From: Chiloscyllium plagiosum
Lineage: Eukaryota
Length of the DNA stretch: 64,000 nt
Direction of reading: 5' to 3'
Assembly (NCBI RefSeq): GCF_004010195.1
Contig: NC_057719.1
Span: 47,231,227-47,295,226 of the forward strand
The notes below the pieces were generated by a model. The model had not been told where the DNA came from and made no database searches. It saw only the letters and a list, made by a program, of their open reading frames with translations. The position numbers were made by a program, and so were the translations under genes. Shown piece after piece: positions 37,950-50,526 of the stretch; the first letter of the stretch is position 1; each line of letters opens with the position of its first letter.

Positions 37950-40021
37950 AAAAAAGAAAGCAAACCTTTCAGGCTGTACATTGTATATAAATTTTACAAT
38001 TATCTGACCTAGACAGAAGAATTCTGACTAAAAACCATTAAGTTGTAATGCTCAGTCTTTCTTCCACAGCTATGCCATGCTGGCTGCGTAATTCCAGCAT
38101 TTTCCAATTTATTTCAAATTTGCTAGCTGCATTTTCCATTTGTCTTACATCATATCAAACCTGTTTGGGGCTTTTATTTACTGGTTACAGTTTTATATCG
38201 AAATACTAAATTGTATGGCATTTTTCAGAAAGTACATGGATATATAGTTACCATTTTAATATACGATGTGAAGTAACTGATTTTCACAGCTGGATCACAA
38301 ACAGGACAGAAATAACTACACCATGTGTTTTAAGGAACAGTTAATCAAAAAATTATGTTGAGAGCAAACAATTGTCTACATAGATAATATGTGTAACTCA
38401 GGTTAAACTTAGCCTGAGATAACGATAAATGTCACAACTCAGTATTCAAACTGAACAGTGGAAAAAATGCCATGTTATTTGTGTTGGTACTTTTCTACAT
38501 ATGAAAGATGCATGTGAGTGAATCCAAAGATATTATACAAATGTACTTCAGATTTTTTTTGGTGGTCACTTTAGGTCACTAAACTGCTGAAAAATAGTCA
38601 CGCATTCAGCATACAAAAGGTTTCTCCAGAAGTGTTTGAGTTTGAATTGCATGTCATTCCATATATAAAGAAACAATACATTATATTGTCGTATAACAAA
38701 CTATGCCCATTTACTCAACACTGATCGCTTCATAACTTTCCTATAAGGCTCGTAGTGAGAAAGCAAAAGCAAACTCAACATAAAATACAATTAACTCGTC
38801 AATTCTCAATGTATGAATAGGCTCAATGTAAAAGTAAAAATGCATTAATATTAAACTCTATCCTTATAAAAGTACTATAGCATACAGGAATGGGTTGGTA
38901 AAGTCTTTAATCAGTTTTTTCATTTACAATTGTACCTTTGCAATAAAATGTTATGTGTCCATTCTTAAAAAGCATCAGCCTCAATTTGCTAACAGGAATA
39001 TTTGTAATGTAGTTTTAAACACAACTCAAGAGGTTCCATATTACTATTTCATTACTGACGTTTCCCATGGTTCACCTAAACATTAAATGTTGCATTTTTC
39101 AGCACACATTTTTAACATTTGTTCATTTATTTCCTAGCTTTTTATTTGTAGGATTTTGTGCAGAAAAGTAAACATAGCTGATAAACACTACATCTAGTGA
39201 TGAGTGCACCAACTAACAAAAGCTATTATGAAAAATGAGTTTTTTATTTGAACCTCAATCATAATTAGAACAACTGCTACACTAAGGCTCAAAATAACCA
39301 AATACGTTATGTAGTGAGTACATAAAAACTACATAAATATGTCAGTCAAATCAACATTGAGTACTTTGGCACCATTACTAGAGCTAAAACATTTTTAAAT
39401 AAATGTTATTTTGCATGGGAAAGGGACCCATTTGTGTAAAAAGAACTTTAATCTGTGTACTCTGTAAAGACTGACTATCATAGGTTATTTCCATAATTTT
39501 TCTGTGCGTTAAACTTAAATTCTGTTTTGCACAATCCAAAAGAAACAATAAAATGTTCATTTTACTAAAAATGTAAATAATATCCATTGAGTTTTAGGGA
39601 TTCAAACTATATCCAGATTTCTCTGGTCTTTTATTTTTAACTGGACACAAGATATTTGAGCCAAGTTACATAATTGTTTACATAATATACCTGTAAATAG
39701 CAAATAGGAGTGTGATTCAATGTTACATTTTAAAACATAATCTGAGATTAGTGATTTCATACATAAAGTACAAACTTAATTCTTGAGTTTTGGATCAAGG
39801 CAAACTGCAGAAATAATTTTTTCTACAGGCAGAAAACTAAAAAACCCTGGGGGCAAAATGTCCATGAAACATAGGGAAAAACATTTAATCTATATACATA
39901 CAAAGCCATTCATATTTGGTGAACTACATGTTGTGTTGATGGGCCCCAAGTTCTTGAAAAACCATTATCCTTCTGTTTCTTGCAGGGAGTAAACAATTTC
40001 ACTGGATCTCACAAATGTTAT

Positions 40022-40049
40022 TTAAGAACTCACCAACACATAGATCATT
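40022..40049 (-). CDS. CNIH1: CNIH1 (cornichon homolog 1) exon 5
   Basis: (G)MIYVLVSS*; acceptor TTTTGCAG; joined CDS is 435 nt (144 aa plus stop). Confidence 0.95.
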
Positions 40050-40799
40050 CTGCAAAACAAAATTGTGAAAACACCTAATATAGTAAACTTGTCAACATTA
40101 AATAAGATCACAGAATTGACTTCAAAGTAACCAAATCAACTGCTGTAGTCAGATTTAACACACACTGATCTCTGGACTCCAGTATGAATGGTATCCCTCC
40201 TATTGTCTTCAAACTGTCCTTTCAATCATGCATTCCATGCCCATCCTTCCTACCTCTTGAATATTTGCTGCTACACATTAAGGGACGCCTCTAATCCTTC
40301 ACCTAAAGGGTTATGACCCTTACTCTGTTTGAAGTTATAAATAAGAACACCAGGATGAGGAGCAGGTCATTCAACCATTTCAGTGTGCTTTGTCATTCAC
40401 AGGTGCATCTATAACTTTTGAATCCTGGTAGGGGAATGGGTCTGGGTGGGTTGCTCTTCAGAGGGTTGGTGTGTACTTGTTGGGCCGACGGACCTGTTTC
40501 CACACTGTAAGTAATCTAATCTTTTGCTTCAGAAATGTGTTTCAGAAATTCTCTTCCTCCATATGTACTTGAAGAAGCTCAATCTCGGTTTTATTATTTC
40601 TTGCTATCTTGTGCTCATTTTCCAACTTAATTCTCCTCTTCCATTTTCTTAATCAACCTCTTCTGGTTTCTAAAATGTCCCCAAACTTCTGTTTCACCTA
40701 ATCTTTGCAGTAAACATTTTACTTCCATTTGATTTTATTCTTCAAGTACTTAGTTAGCCACAGAATGTGCATACTTCTCATAGATTATTTCTTAATAAC

Positions 40800-41365
40800 A
40801 CATGACATTTGTACAAGACATTGGTTTGGCCACATTTAGAATACTGTGTACAGTTCTGATCGCCACATTACCAAGAGGATGTGGACGCCTTAGAGAGGGT
40901 GCAGAGAAGGTTTACGAGGATGTTGCCTGGTATGAAGAGAGATTGAGTAGGTTAGGTTTATTTTCACTAGAAAAAAGAAGATTGAGGGGGGAAACTTGAT
41001 TGAGGTTTACAAAATCATGAAGGGTATAGACAAGGTGGATAGCGACAAGCTTTTTCCCAGGGTGAAGGATCCAATAACGAGAGATCATGCTTTCAAGGTG
41101 AAAGGTGGAAAGTTTAAGAGGGATACACGCAGCAAGTACTTCACACAGAGGGTAGTGGGCGTTTGGAACACGTTGCCAGCAGAGATGGTAGAGCCAGTCA
41201 CAGTAGAGTCATTTAAGATGCGTTTGGACAGATGCATATGTAGGTGGGGAGCAGAGGGATACAAATGCGTAGGAATTGACCTACTGATTTAGACAGTACA
41301 TTTGGATCGGCTCAGGTTTGGAGGGCCGAAGAGCCTGTTCCTGGGCGTAAATTTTCTTTGTTCGT
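40800..41365 (+). mobile_element. CR1-like LINE 3' fragment (different subfamily)
   Basis: RLGLFSLEKRRLRG, IEVYKIMKGIDKVD...YFTQRVVGVWNTLP. Confidence 0.85.
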
Positions 41366-42177
41366 TATATCTGCATTAGATAGGCACAAGAAAGCACAAG
41401 ACACAAAATCTACTATACACGCACTGTGGCAGCATACACATCATCTACAGCAACTCATCAAGGTTACTTCAATAGGACAGCATTCCCCTGTGATGTCTAC
41501 TGCCAGAAACGAGCACAATGTTGGATAAACATCAACACCTTCAAGTCATACATGACCCTGACATGGACATATATCGTCATTATTTTAGCACTGCTGGGTC
41601 AGTATTCTACATGTCACCACATCCCAAGAGATTAAAAAGAGTCTCTTCTGTCACCTATTGACTCTTCTGTACTGGATAGAAGATTATTTTCACTTTATGT
41701 TCCCAACCTCCTCCTCTTCAATACAAACATTTTTATCTTTATTTTGTCAATACTACTTACCCCTAAACCTTCTCACCTAGTTCACTCTTAATTCCTAGCT
41801 TGCTTCCTATATCCTTTTAGTCTCCTCTGCAGATTCACCCTTAAGACTGAATAACCATATATATAGTCTCCCACTGCTGTTCATTTCCTAAGGTTTTCAA
41901 ATGAAGCAACTCCTCTGCTTTCTCTTCCTCCTTCCACAGACATATTGCAATTATTGCTTATTTTATCCTATCATCTACAGCCTTCAACATGCAGTGTCAG
42001 TTTTATTTTTTAATCCAATTTTCTTAATTGAAAAAATATCCCACTCTGAAAACATGAAACCCAACACCTTAAGTTTTATACTTCAAAAAGGTCATTCTAA
42101 AAACTTAATGGCAGATAAATCTCAGTGGTAAAGCTGAGAAAATATTTCTAAAACAATTAATTTCTATACCAACTTAC

Positions 42178-42321
42178 CCATATAGATAGTAAAAAAAAGA
42201 CAACAGGTAAAATGCTAGTTTGCACCACCCTTCCTTCTGACAATATGCTAGTATATCTGCATTCATAATAGTAGTAGGGTCGTAGAGACCTGGAACGCTC
42301 ATTATAGGTCTAGTCATGTAC
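42178..42321 (-). CDS. CNIH1: CNIH1 exon 4 (144 nt)
   Basis: (R)[47 protein letters not shown](G). Confidence 0.97.
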
Positions 42322-42979
42322 CTGCAAATAAATGAAACGTGGAAAAGAGTCAATTTCTGTTATCAAATATAGTGATCAACAAATAAGCAAGCCAAAAATG
42401 GAGTACAGACTGTTTCCAGATCATTCATATAATACTTGATACCAAATAAGGCAGACCCATAAAATTAGCTTGATGGACAATGTATCAAATTCAGGTCATG
42501 TCATTGCACAAATTAATTTAATGGTTTATAGTACCTTGATTGAAAATCTAAATAAAATTAGAAAAATGTTTTGGATATAATTTGGTTTTGGTAATGCAAA
42601 ATGGTACAAAGCTACAGTGCTGCAAAGACAATATTAGAATTCTCTACTTTTTTGAACTTAATCAAATAATAGTATCCATTTATAGACAATGTCTCAGATC
42701 GCACATTTCTAAGGAACAGTTGATCCCAAAAATAATACAGTAAGTTATTATTTAAGGGAAGAAAAGATAGTATCCCATTGAAAGAAAAAGTATATAATTC
42801 TGCAAAAATCAAGTCAGAGGTTGGATAGAATTTTAAAAAAAGCTAAGGCAGAGAGAGACATAAATTTAAAAACAGACAGTAAGAGTTTCTACAGGTACTT
42901 AAAAAGTGGAAGAAAATGAGATGATATTGAAAGTATTATCAGAACTAAAAGCTGCTGGACCTGGTCTGCAACATTGTCC

Positions 42980-43810
42980 TTTAGGACCTGAATAGATCAA
43001 CTGGTGTTGCTGGCAAGCCACTCTTGTATTGGAGATTAAAATCCCCCACCCAAAATACATTTTGCACCCTCAGTGCTTCCTCCAAGTGTTGATCAACGTA
43101 GAGGAGTGCTGATTCAAGGGAGGATGGATACATGGTAAACAGTTGGAGATTTCTTTGTCCATGTTTAACCTGAAAACATGAGACTTCACAAGGTCCAGAG
43201 TTAATGTTGATGACTCCCAAGGCGATTCCCTCCCGATTACATACCACTGTGCCACCACCTCTGCTGGGTCTGTCCTGCTGGTGGGACAGGACGTATCCAG
43301 GGACGATGATGGTGTCTGAGACAGAGCCATATTCAAAGAATGATACCTTATAGACAATGTCACGCTGCTACTTGACTAGTTTGTGAGACAGCACTCCTAG
43401 TTTTGGCTCAAGCCACCAGGTGTTAGTGAAGAGGACTCAGCAGGGTCAACAGGGTTGTTTTTGCTGCAGTCATTTCCAGTGTCTAAGCTGACGTTCGGTA
43501 GTCTGTCCAGTGTCATTTCTTAGTTGACACTTCATAGTGATTAATACAACTGAGTGACATGCTAGGCTATTTCAGAGGACAGTTAAGAGTCAACCACATG
43601 TAGGCCAGACCAGGTGAGGATGGCAGATTTCCTTCCCTGAAGGGCATTTGAGAGCCAACAATCATAATTAATTTCATGGTCATCAAATGATTGTTAATTC
43701 CAGACTTATTTCAAAAATTGAAGTCAAATTCACTTCCATGCAGGATTCAAATCCTGGTCACCAGAATATTAGTATCTGAATTAATAGTTTCACAATAATA
43801 CCACTAGGCC
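42980..43810 (-). mobile_element. Decayed CR1/L2-clade LINE fragment (APE endonuclease region)
   Basis: ...YVDQHLEEALRVQNVFWVGDFN motif. Confidence 0.6.
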
Positions 43811-44197
43811 TTGGCCAGAGTTAGGTCCTTACAAATATTTTTTGCAAACAAAAAGCAACATACAGGTTGAAATACTGTAACCTGTGTGCAGTATCATATT
43901 CCTAGCTAATACAACTTGTAAAATAAATCACTAAATCTAAAATAAAATATATACAGTTTGGCACTTCAGGACTTCGGAGCAGAAAACTTCAAATCATTAA
44001 ATTGAAATGGTGTACATAAATTAATTAATAAAAAAGCATTTAAAATTTATTTCATTTTAAAGAAATACAATATATAAGCGCTGTGAATACAGTAGGTGAG
44101 CTGCTCGAGGTAGTTGGGGAGGCTGGTCAATTACAACATTTCAAGGGCTACCTTTTATTCTTTCATTCAGTTTTAAAGAGCCGTTTTTACTTCTCGA

Positions 44198-44492
44198 TAG
44201 ATTAGATTCCCTACAGTGTGGAAACAGGCCCTTCAGCCCAACAAGTCCACACCGACCCTCTGAAGAGTAACCCACCTGCCTCTGACTAATGTACCTAACA
44301 CTACGGACAATTTAGCATGGCCAATTCACCTGACCTGCACATCTTTGGATTGTGGGAGAAAACCAGAGCATCCAGAGGAAACCCACGCAGACACAGGGAG
44401 AATGTGTGAACTCCACACAGACAGTCACCCAAGGCTGGAATCGAACCTGGGACCTTGGTACTGTGAGGCAGCAGTGCTAACCACTGAGCCAC
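44198..44492 (-). mobile_element. HE1-like SINE inserted in a CR1 3' end (CR1 about 44095-44640)
   Basis: Reverse complement has TGGCTCAGTGG and GGTTCGATTCC boxes. Confidence 0.88.
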
Positions 44493-44712
44493 ATTTGGAT
44501 GGTTATATGATTAGGAAGGGTTTAGAGGGATATGGGCCAAATGCTGGCAAATGGGACTAGGTTAGTTTAGGATATCTGGTCGGCATGGAGGAGTTGAACT
44601 GAAGTGTCTGCTTCCGTGCTGTACATCTCTATGACTCTATATGAAAAGTACACAGGTAAAGTTTTAGTTCAACACACACCATCTAGTGGCAGACATTGTT
44701 GATGCAGGCAGA

Positions 44713-44792
44713 CTTAAAAATCACACAGCACCAGGTTATAATCCAACAGGTTTAACTGGAAGCACTGCTCCGAAGTACACAACCAGCTGATA
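44713..44792. mobile_element. Truncated copy of the 3954-4386 PLE family
   Basis: ttaaaaatcacacagcaccaggttataatccaacagg; 11-bp TSD ATGCAGGCAGA at 44702-44712 and 44793-44803. Confidence 0.75.
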
Positions 44793-45174
44793 ATGCAGGC
44801 AGAATTACATATACTTGTATTGCAAAACTTCTACCTCGAGGACTTTAGTGCAAGCCCAGATGGGTAACCAGGACAGAAACAGACAGCACAGACTTTACAG
44901 ACGAGGACAGAGATCTGGTGGTGGTTTAGCTGGATAAAGAGGGACTGAGGGCAGGGACAAGAGGATGAGACAAGGCCAGGGGAAATAAATATGGTTGCAG
45001 AAGCATTGGGAAAGGGTCTTAAAAGCAGACAATCTATAGAATAGATAGGTTAGCAAACAATATTAAATAGAAACTCTCAATGTAAATCAAATATATTGTC
45101 ATTTTTTAAATAAGCAAAGTTAAAGCGAAACATTAACTGAAAGAACTTTAGATGAAGAAAATGATTTCTCTAAT

Positions 45175-46410
45175 TAAAGAAAGGAAGGAGACAGAAAACA
45201 GGAATTTACAGGCCACATTTGTCAGATTGATTCCAATGTTTTCTTTAAAGGAGGTTATGGTAAGGCACTTGGAAGATCTCAATGTAAATCAGGCAGAGTA
45301 AACAATTTTATGAAAGAGAAGTCATGTTTGACTTAGTTAATTGAGGTAAAAACAATGACTGCAGATGCTGGAAACCAGATTCTGGATTAGTGGTGCTGGA
45401 AGAGCACAGCAGTTCAGGCAGCATCCAAGGAGCTTCGAAATCGACGTTTCGGGCAAAAGGCCTTCTTCAGGAATAATGGAGTTAATTAATTAATTAATTA
45501 GTTAATGGAGTTCTTTGAGGAAGTAACAGTGGAGACAAATGTCAATCTAAGAATATGTACACTTAGATTTCCAGAAGGCATTTGATAAGGTGACACAAAG
45601 GTTACTACACCAAATCATAGCTCATGGTGTTGGGAATAACATTAGTACAGACAGAGGATTGGTCACTAAGGAAACAGTAGGTATAAAAGGGTCACTTCCA
45701 AGTTGGCCAGATATGACTTGGAAAGCTGGGGCTTCACTTTTTATCATTTCTGTCAATGACTTGGATAAAGGGACAATGGATGGTTTCTAAATTTGTTGAT
45801 GACATTAAGAAGGTAGAAAAGTGAACTGTGAAGAGATCTTAAGTAGTCTGCAAAACGATCGTTAAACGTATGGGTATACAATAGAGTATGAACATGTCAG
45901 AAAATATTAACTATTTCAAATTGGCAGGAAGAACAGTAAAGCAACATATTGTTTAAATGGAGAGAAACTGTAGAGCTTTGAGGTCAAGGGAAATCTGGAT
46001 GCCCTAGTATATGAGTCACAAACGGTTGGTGTGCAGGTACAGCAAATGATTTGAAAGGTAACCAGTGTTATCATTTATTAAATGGAGAATAGAATACGAA
46101 ATGAGGGATGTTTTGCATGCGAGGCCTTATCTGGATTACAGTGCACAATTTTTGGCCTTCTGATTTTTAAAAAAATGACATACATTAGAAGTCACTCAGA
46201 AAAGGTTCACTCAACTGATGCTTGAAATGGGGCATTATCAGGAAAGGCTAGTCAGACTGGACATGTATCTCTGGAGCTTACAAGAAGGAGAGCTGATCTT
46301 ACTGAAAAATACAAGATCTGAGAGGACTTCACAATATAGTTGCTAAAATGATATTGCCTTTATAGGAGAGACTAGAACCAGGAATACAGTTTAGAATTAA
46401 GAGGTAGAGA
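45175..46410 (+). mobile_element. Old degenerate CR1-like LINE
   Basis: ttagatttccagaaggcatttgataaggtg translates to LDFQKAFDKV; many stops. Confidence 0.7.
45343..45475 (-). mobile_element. PLE-derived SINE-like element with hammerhead core (45441-45472)
   Basis: Reverse complement TC-CTGAAGA-A-GGCC(TTTT)GCCC-GAAA-CG-TC-GA; one stem II mismatch. Confidence 0.75.
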
Positions 46411-46419
46411 AAAGTGAGA

Positions 46420-47169
46420 TGTTAAAGGGTTAATTTGTTTATTGACATGTAAGAAATTGGATGTCCCGGGGAGTGTGTGTTTTTCAGTCTTGCAGGCAGG
46501 AGGTGACAATCTAATCATACTCTGTTAATGCTGTAGTTTAAGGAGTACCCTAACCGCATGCTGTTTCTGGAAATACCCTAATCACTTTACATTGTTTTTA
46601 GGTGGCATGTGACTATGGGGGAATGGCAGTGGGTTGTGCAAAACTCTGTATAAAGAGAGGACGGGGAGGAAACCTTGTCCAGGGAGCCTCGCTTGACACG
46701 CTCCGCAAGCATCTTGAAGAGTGTTAAGTGATCCTCCAAAGCTTGCTGAAATAAATCGTGGCAGTTCACAGAAGTTGGCGTATTACAGTTGTAGGAAATG
46801 TGTTGCTGGAAAAGCGCAGCAGGTCAGGCAGCATCCAGGGAACAGGAGAATCGACGTTTTGGGCATAAGCCCTTCTTCAGGAATGAGGAAGGTTTGTCCA
46901 GCAGGCTAAGATAACCTTTGTGGTTGGAGGGTTCCTAGCCGGAAGATGGGGCGTTCTTCCTCCAACCGTCGTTTTGTTGTGGTCTGACGATGGAGGAGTC
47001 CAAAGACCTGCATATCCTTGGTGGAGTGGGAGGGGGAATTGAAATGTCGAGCTACAGGGTGGTTGGGTTGGTTGGTCCGGGTGTCCCAGAGGTGTTCTCT
47101 GAAATGCTCCGCAAGTAGCGTATTACAGTTGTATCAAGCATGTAAGAATCTCAAGAAGGGAACCTAACA
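46420..47169 (+). mobile_element. Probable solo LTR interrupted by a PLE
   Basis: TGTTA...TAACA ends, TATAAA near 46649, AATAAA near 46750; interrupts CR1. No clear TSD. Confidence 0.5.
46794..47117 (-). mobile_element. 5'-truncated Penelope-like element with GIY-YIG C-terminal remnant and mutated hammerhead
   Basis: Minus-strand translation LAEHFREHLWDTRTNQPNHPVARHFNSPSHSTKDMQVFGL...RLEEERPIFRLGTLQP; 16-bp TSD GCGTATTACAGTTGTA at 46778-46793 and 47118-47133. Confidence 0.85.
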
Positions 47170-49992
47170 TTAGGATAACTTTTTTTCTCTCAGGAGGGTC
47201 ATGAGTCTTTGAAACAAGCAAAGTAATCAGTATCCAAGAGAAAAATACAGTTAACGTTTCTGGTCTTATCAACATACATTGCACCCTACATCTTTCCTCT
47301 ACAGTGGTAGGCAAGATAATATCAACATAATGCAGAAATCAAAATAAAAAAATTAAAACTACATATTTCAAATTCACTATATCAATTTTAAAGTACTGAA
47401 CTCTGACTCTGTTATTTGCATTGTTCAATTCCAATTACTCAATTCCAAAATCTTTAGCAAAAACTCAACATTAACAAAAGCAATAGTACACCACAGCATT
47501 AAGTGAATCTTGCACTGGAAACAGTCACCCAACTAAGACTAAATACTTAAAATGTAGGAATTAACAAATATCCTGGAGTTTGCTTAATTCTCTGAAGGAT
47601 CATGAACATTTATTTGGATAATTTCCCATGGGAAATTAAATAGTTGCGATAGGTTTCATTTTAAAGTTTCAGAAGATTTATAGAAGTGTCAGCATTGTTG
47701 AGCAAACTGGCCTATTCTCTTCAATGCTCAAAATTCAGAAATCCAAAGACATTGCAGCAAGACAGTGCATCAACCATTTTAGGTATTCCATCAAACCATT
47801 AGAATTAACAAAGTTCACGAGGTGTACACTATCCTCCCTACAATCTAAATAGTTATGAATCCATGGCTGTGAAAATGTTTCTGCATATGACATATATGTT
47901 TCACACATCATGTATGTAACTACAGAACAACTTGATTGTTTATGGATTATTCAGTATACTGAAGTGTGTCCTGAAGGAGCTATTTTTTCAGGAGCAACAA
48001 GGTTTGGGTAATAAATGCTGGCTGAGCCAGTGACACGCACACCGCATGAATGAACAAAAAAAAAAGGACATCCAAATACTGGGATATACAATCTATATAT
48101 TGGCATTGTACCAGCACTGAAGTGTATCCATGAGGCAGCTCAATTCTGTGGCAGGCCGAGCGCTTTTTTTGACTGATGTCAGTACCCACTTAGTGGGAAA
48201 TACCACTCAAGTAATCACTGCATAGTGGAAACAGCAACCTGAAACAACTTCTTAACCCTGTTCAAATGTTTGAGATACTTTCCCAGAATAATAAGAGGTA
48301 GATTGGGATTTCTCAGGTCCAAAAGTGGAAGGTTTTGCCATCTTTGCCCCATCTTGCTGCATTTTATTTTTGTAACATAAGCAAATGGCTAGGGCCCCTG
48401 TTTACAAGATTGCTGATAAGATAAATCTTGTAGCATGCTGTGCTAATATGAATCCGAACATACAAAGATAGTCAAAATCCCATTGGCAGACTTCTCAATT
48501 AACAGAGAAGTGAGCATAATAAACTGCTTCAACTCAGAAGTGAATTTAGGCATGAGTGGTCAGCATTATGGTATGTAAGGAAATCCTTAGCCAGATTCAA
48601 AGATCATGTACCAATCATCTTTTGTATTAGAAATTAGAGAGATTTAGGTTATTAGGGCTCATTCCATCATAAAAATAGATTTTTTTGTAGAAACAAGGCC
48701 AACTGGGAAATCCACTGATGAGTTCTTCACTACTGTCAGCCAGAAGCCTACCTTCACAATATATACACATCTGTATAGATTTATATAGTGCTTCACACTA
48801 AGATTGGTCTTATCAGAAATCTTGGAGCCATTTGATCACCTTGATAAAGAGTCACATCAGTCTTTACAGCCACCTACAAACTTGCTCTTAAGAGTGGAAG
48901 AGAATGATCCTCGTCTATGAGGGACTGCCAATGACCATAGAGCATATCAAAGCTATTTCATAGGTGACACTGATCAGATGACTGTCACATTTCACACAAA
49001 TGGGCTGAAGAATACTACTTTTGAACCTGAAAAGTCTACTTTGCATTACCTTGAAACATAAAACATCCCAAGGAATTTGACCAACAGGTTAATCAATCTG
49101 CCTGACACCAAACAAGTGGCATTTTCCACTAACAACGTTCTGCTTACCATATGTTTAAGCAAGAGTGTCTGAATTTCATTGCTGGTACAATGTTATGTAT
49201 ATGGGTCCCCTTTTCCAACAATTTTCTAATCAAATCAATAAGCATGTTCATTTATTTATATGAGTCACAGGACAGAATATATTCATCTATCCCACACTAA
49301 CAAAAAAAGTGTAACAAAACAAGTGATTCTGAGATTTGGCATGTGTTGCCCAATAATCCCAAGAGCACTACTCACTGTACTAAGCACCAATTTAGGATCA
49401 CAGAGTCATACAATGGGATGGGGCCCTTTGATCCACCAAGACACAAGACTACCCTAATTCTACACTCGGCCCATTTTCCAGCACCTAGCCCATAGCTTTT
49501 TATGTTATATTTCAAGTCCTCATCCAAGTACTTTTCAAACGTTTCCTACCTCAACTGCCCTCCCAGGCAGTGCATTCCAGTTTCCTACCACCCTCTGGGC
49601 GAATACAATTTTTCTTAAATCCCGTCTAAACCTCTTTCATCCTAAAATTATGCCTCCTTGTTAATGACCCTTCAACTAAAGGGAATTTAGGATAGTCTGT
49701 CAAATATGCACCATACTTGATTTACACTTGCTAGAACTGCCACATGCTAATACGCAGGGAGACATTCTCCAAATAAAACAAATACGCTCAAGCCTTGCAC
49801 CTTTGTAGAATTGCCTCTAAGCTTGGGAAGTCTATAGTTCCCCACTGTTTTTTTTCCCCAAGACATCTCTTCTCTTACAATATAAATTAGAGGGTATTTG
49901 AAATTTAGTATTCTTGGATTTCTCCTGATGAATTCAAGGCAAAACATTTCAGCAACATCACTCTCTTCTCAGCAAAATGTATATTCTGTATT

Positions 49993-50207
49993 GCTGAAAA
50001 TGTGTTGCTGGAACAGCGCAGCAGGTCAGGCAGCATCCAGGGAACAGGAGAATCGATGTTTCGGGCATAATCCCTTCTTGCTGAAGAAGGGCTTATGCCC
50101 GAAATGTCGATTCTCCTGTTCCCTGGATGCTGCCTGACCTGCTGCGCTTTTCCAGCAACACATTTTCAGCTCTGATCTCCAGCATCTGCAGGCCTCACTT
50201 TCTCCTC
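49993..50207. mobile_element. Fold-back PLE-derived element with hammerhead core at the hairpin apex (50081-50110, +)
   Basis: 87-bp inverted arms 49993-50079 and 50084-50170; CTGAAGA-A-GGGC(TTAT)GCCC-GAAA-TG-TC; 14-bp TSD GTATATTCTGTATT. Confidence 0.85.
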
Positions 50208-50413
50208 GTATATTCTGTATTACAAAGTGAATGTGCTTATAGATAAGAGAGATTGTGTGCCAGACTTCAGGTAAAGGCATGCAGTACTGAAAGGAAAATA
50301 CAACAAATAAGCTACAGGAACAGTGTTGCTCATTTAACATAATTTCAATTATCTTTTCGATAGGAAATGCTTAAAATACCTTCAGTAGAAAACTGCAGAC
50401 ATCAGTTACTTAC

Positions 50414-50526
50414 CTCCAGATATGGTAGCCCAGCAAAGGCATATTGACACCCAATGTAAGCCACTCTGTCGCACATAGGAACATGACACAGAAGAAGGCA
50501 TGGATGAGATACTCAGGAAGTACCAG
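50414..50526 (-). CDS. CNIH1: CNIH1 exon 3 (113 nt)
   Basis: [37 protein letters not shown](R). Confidence 0.97.
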
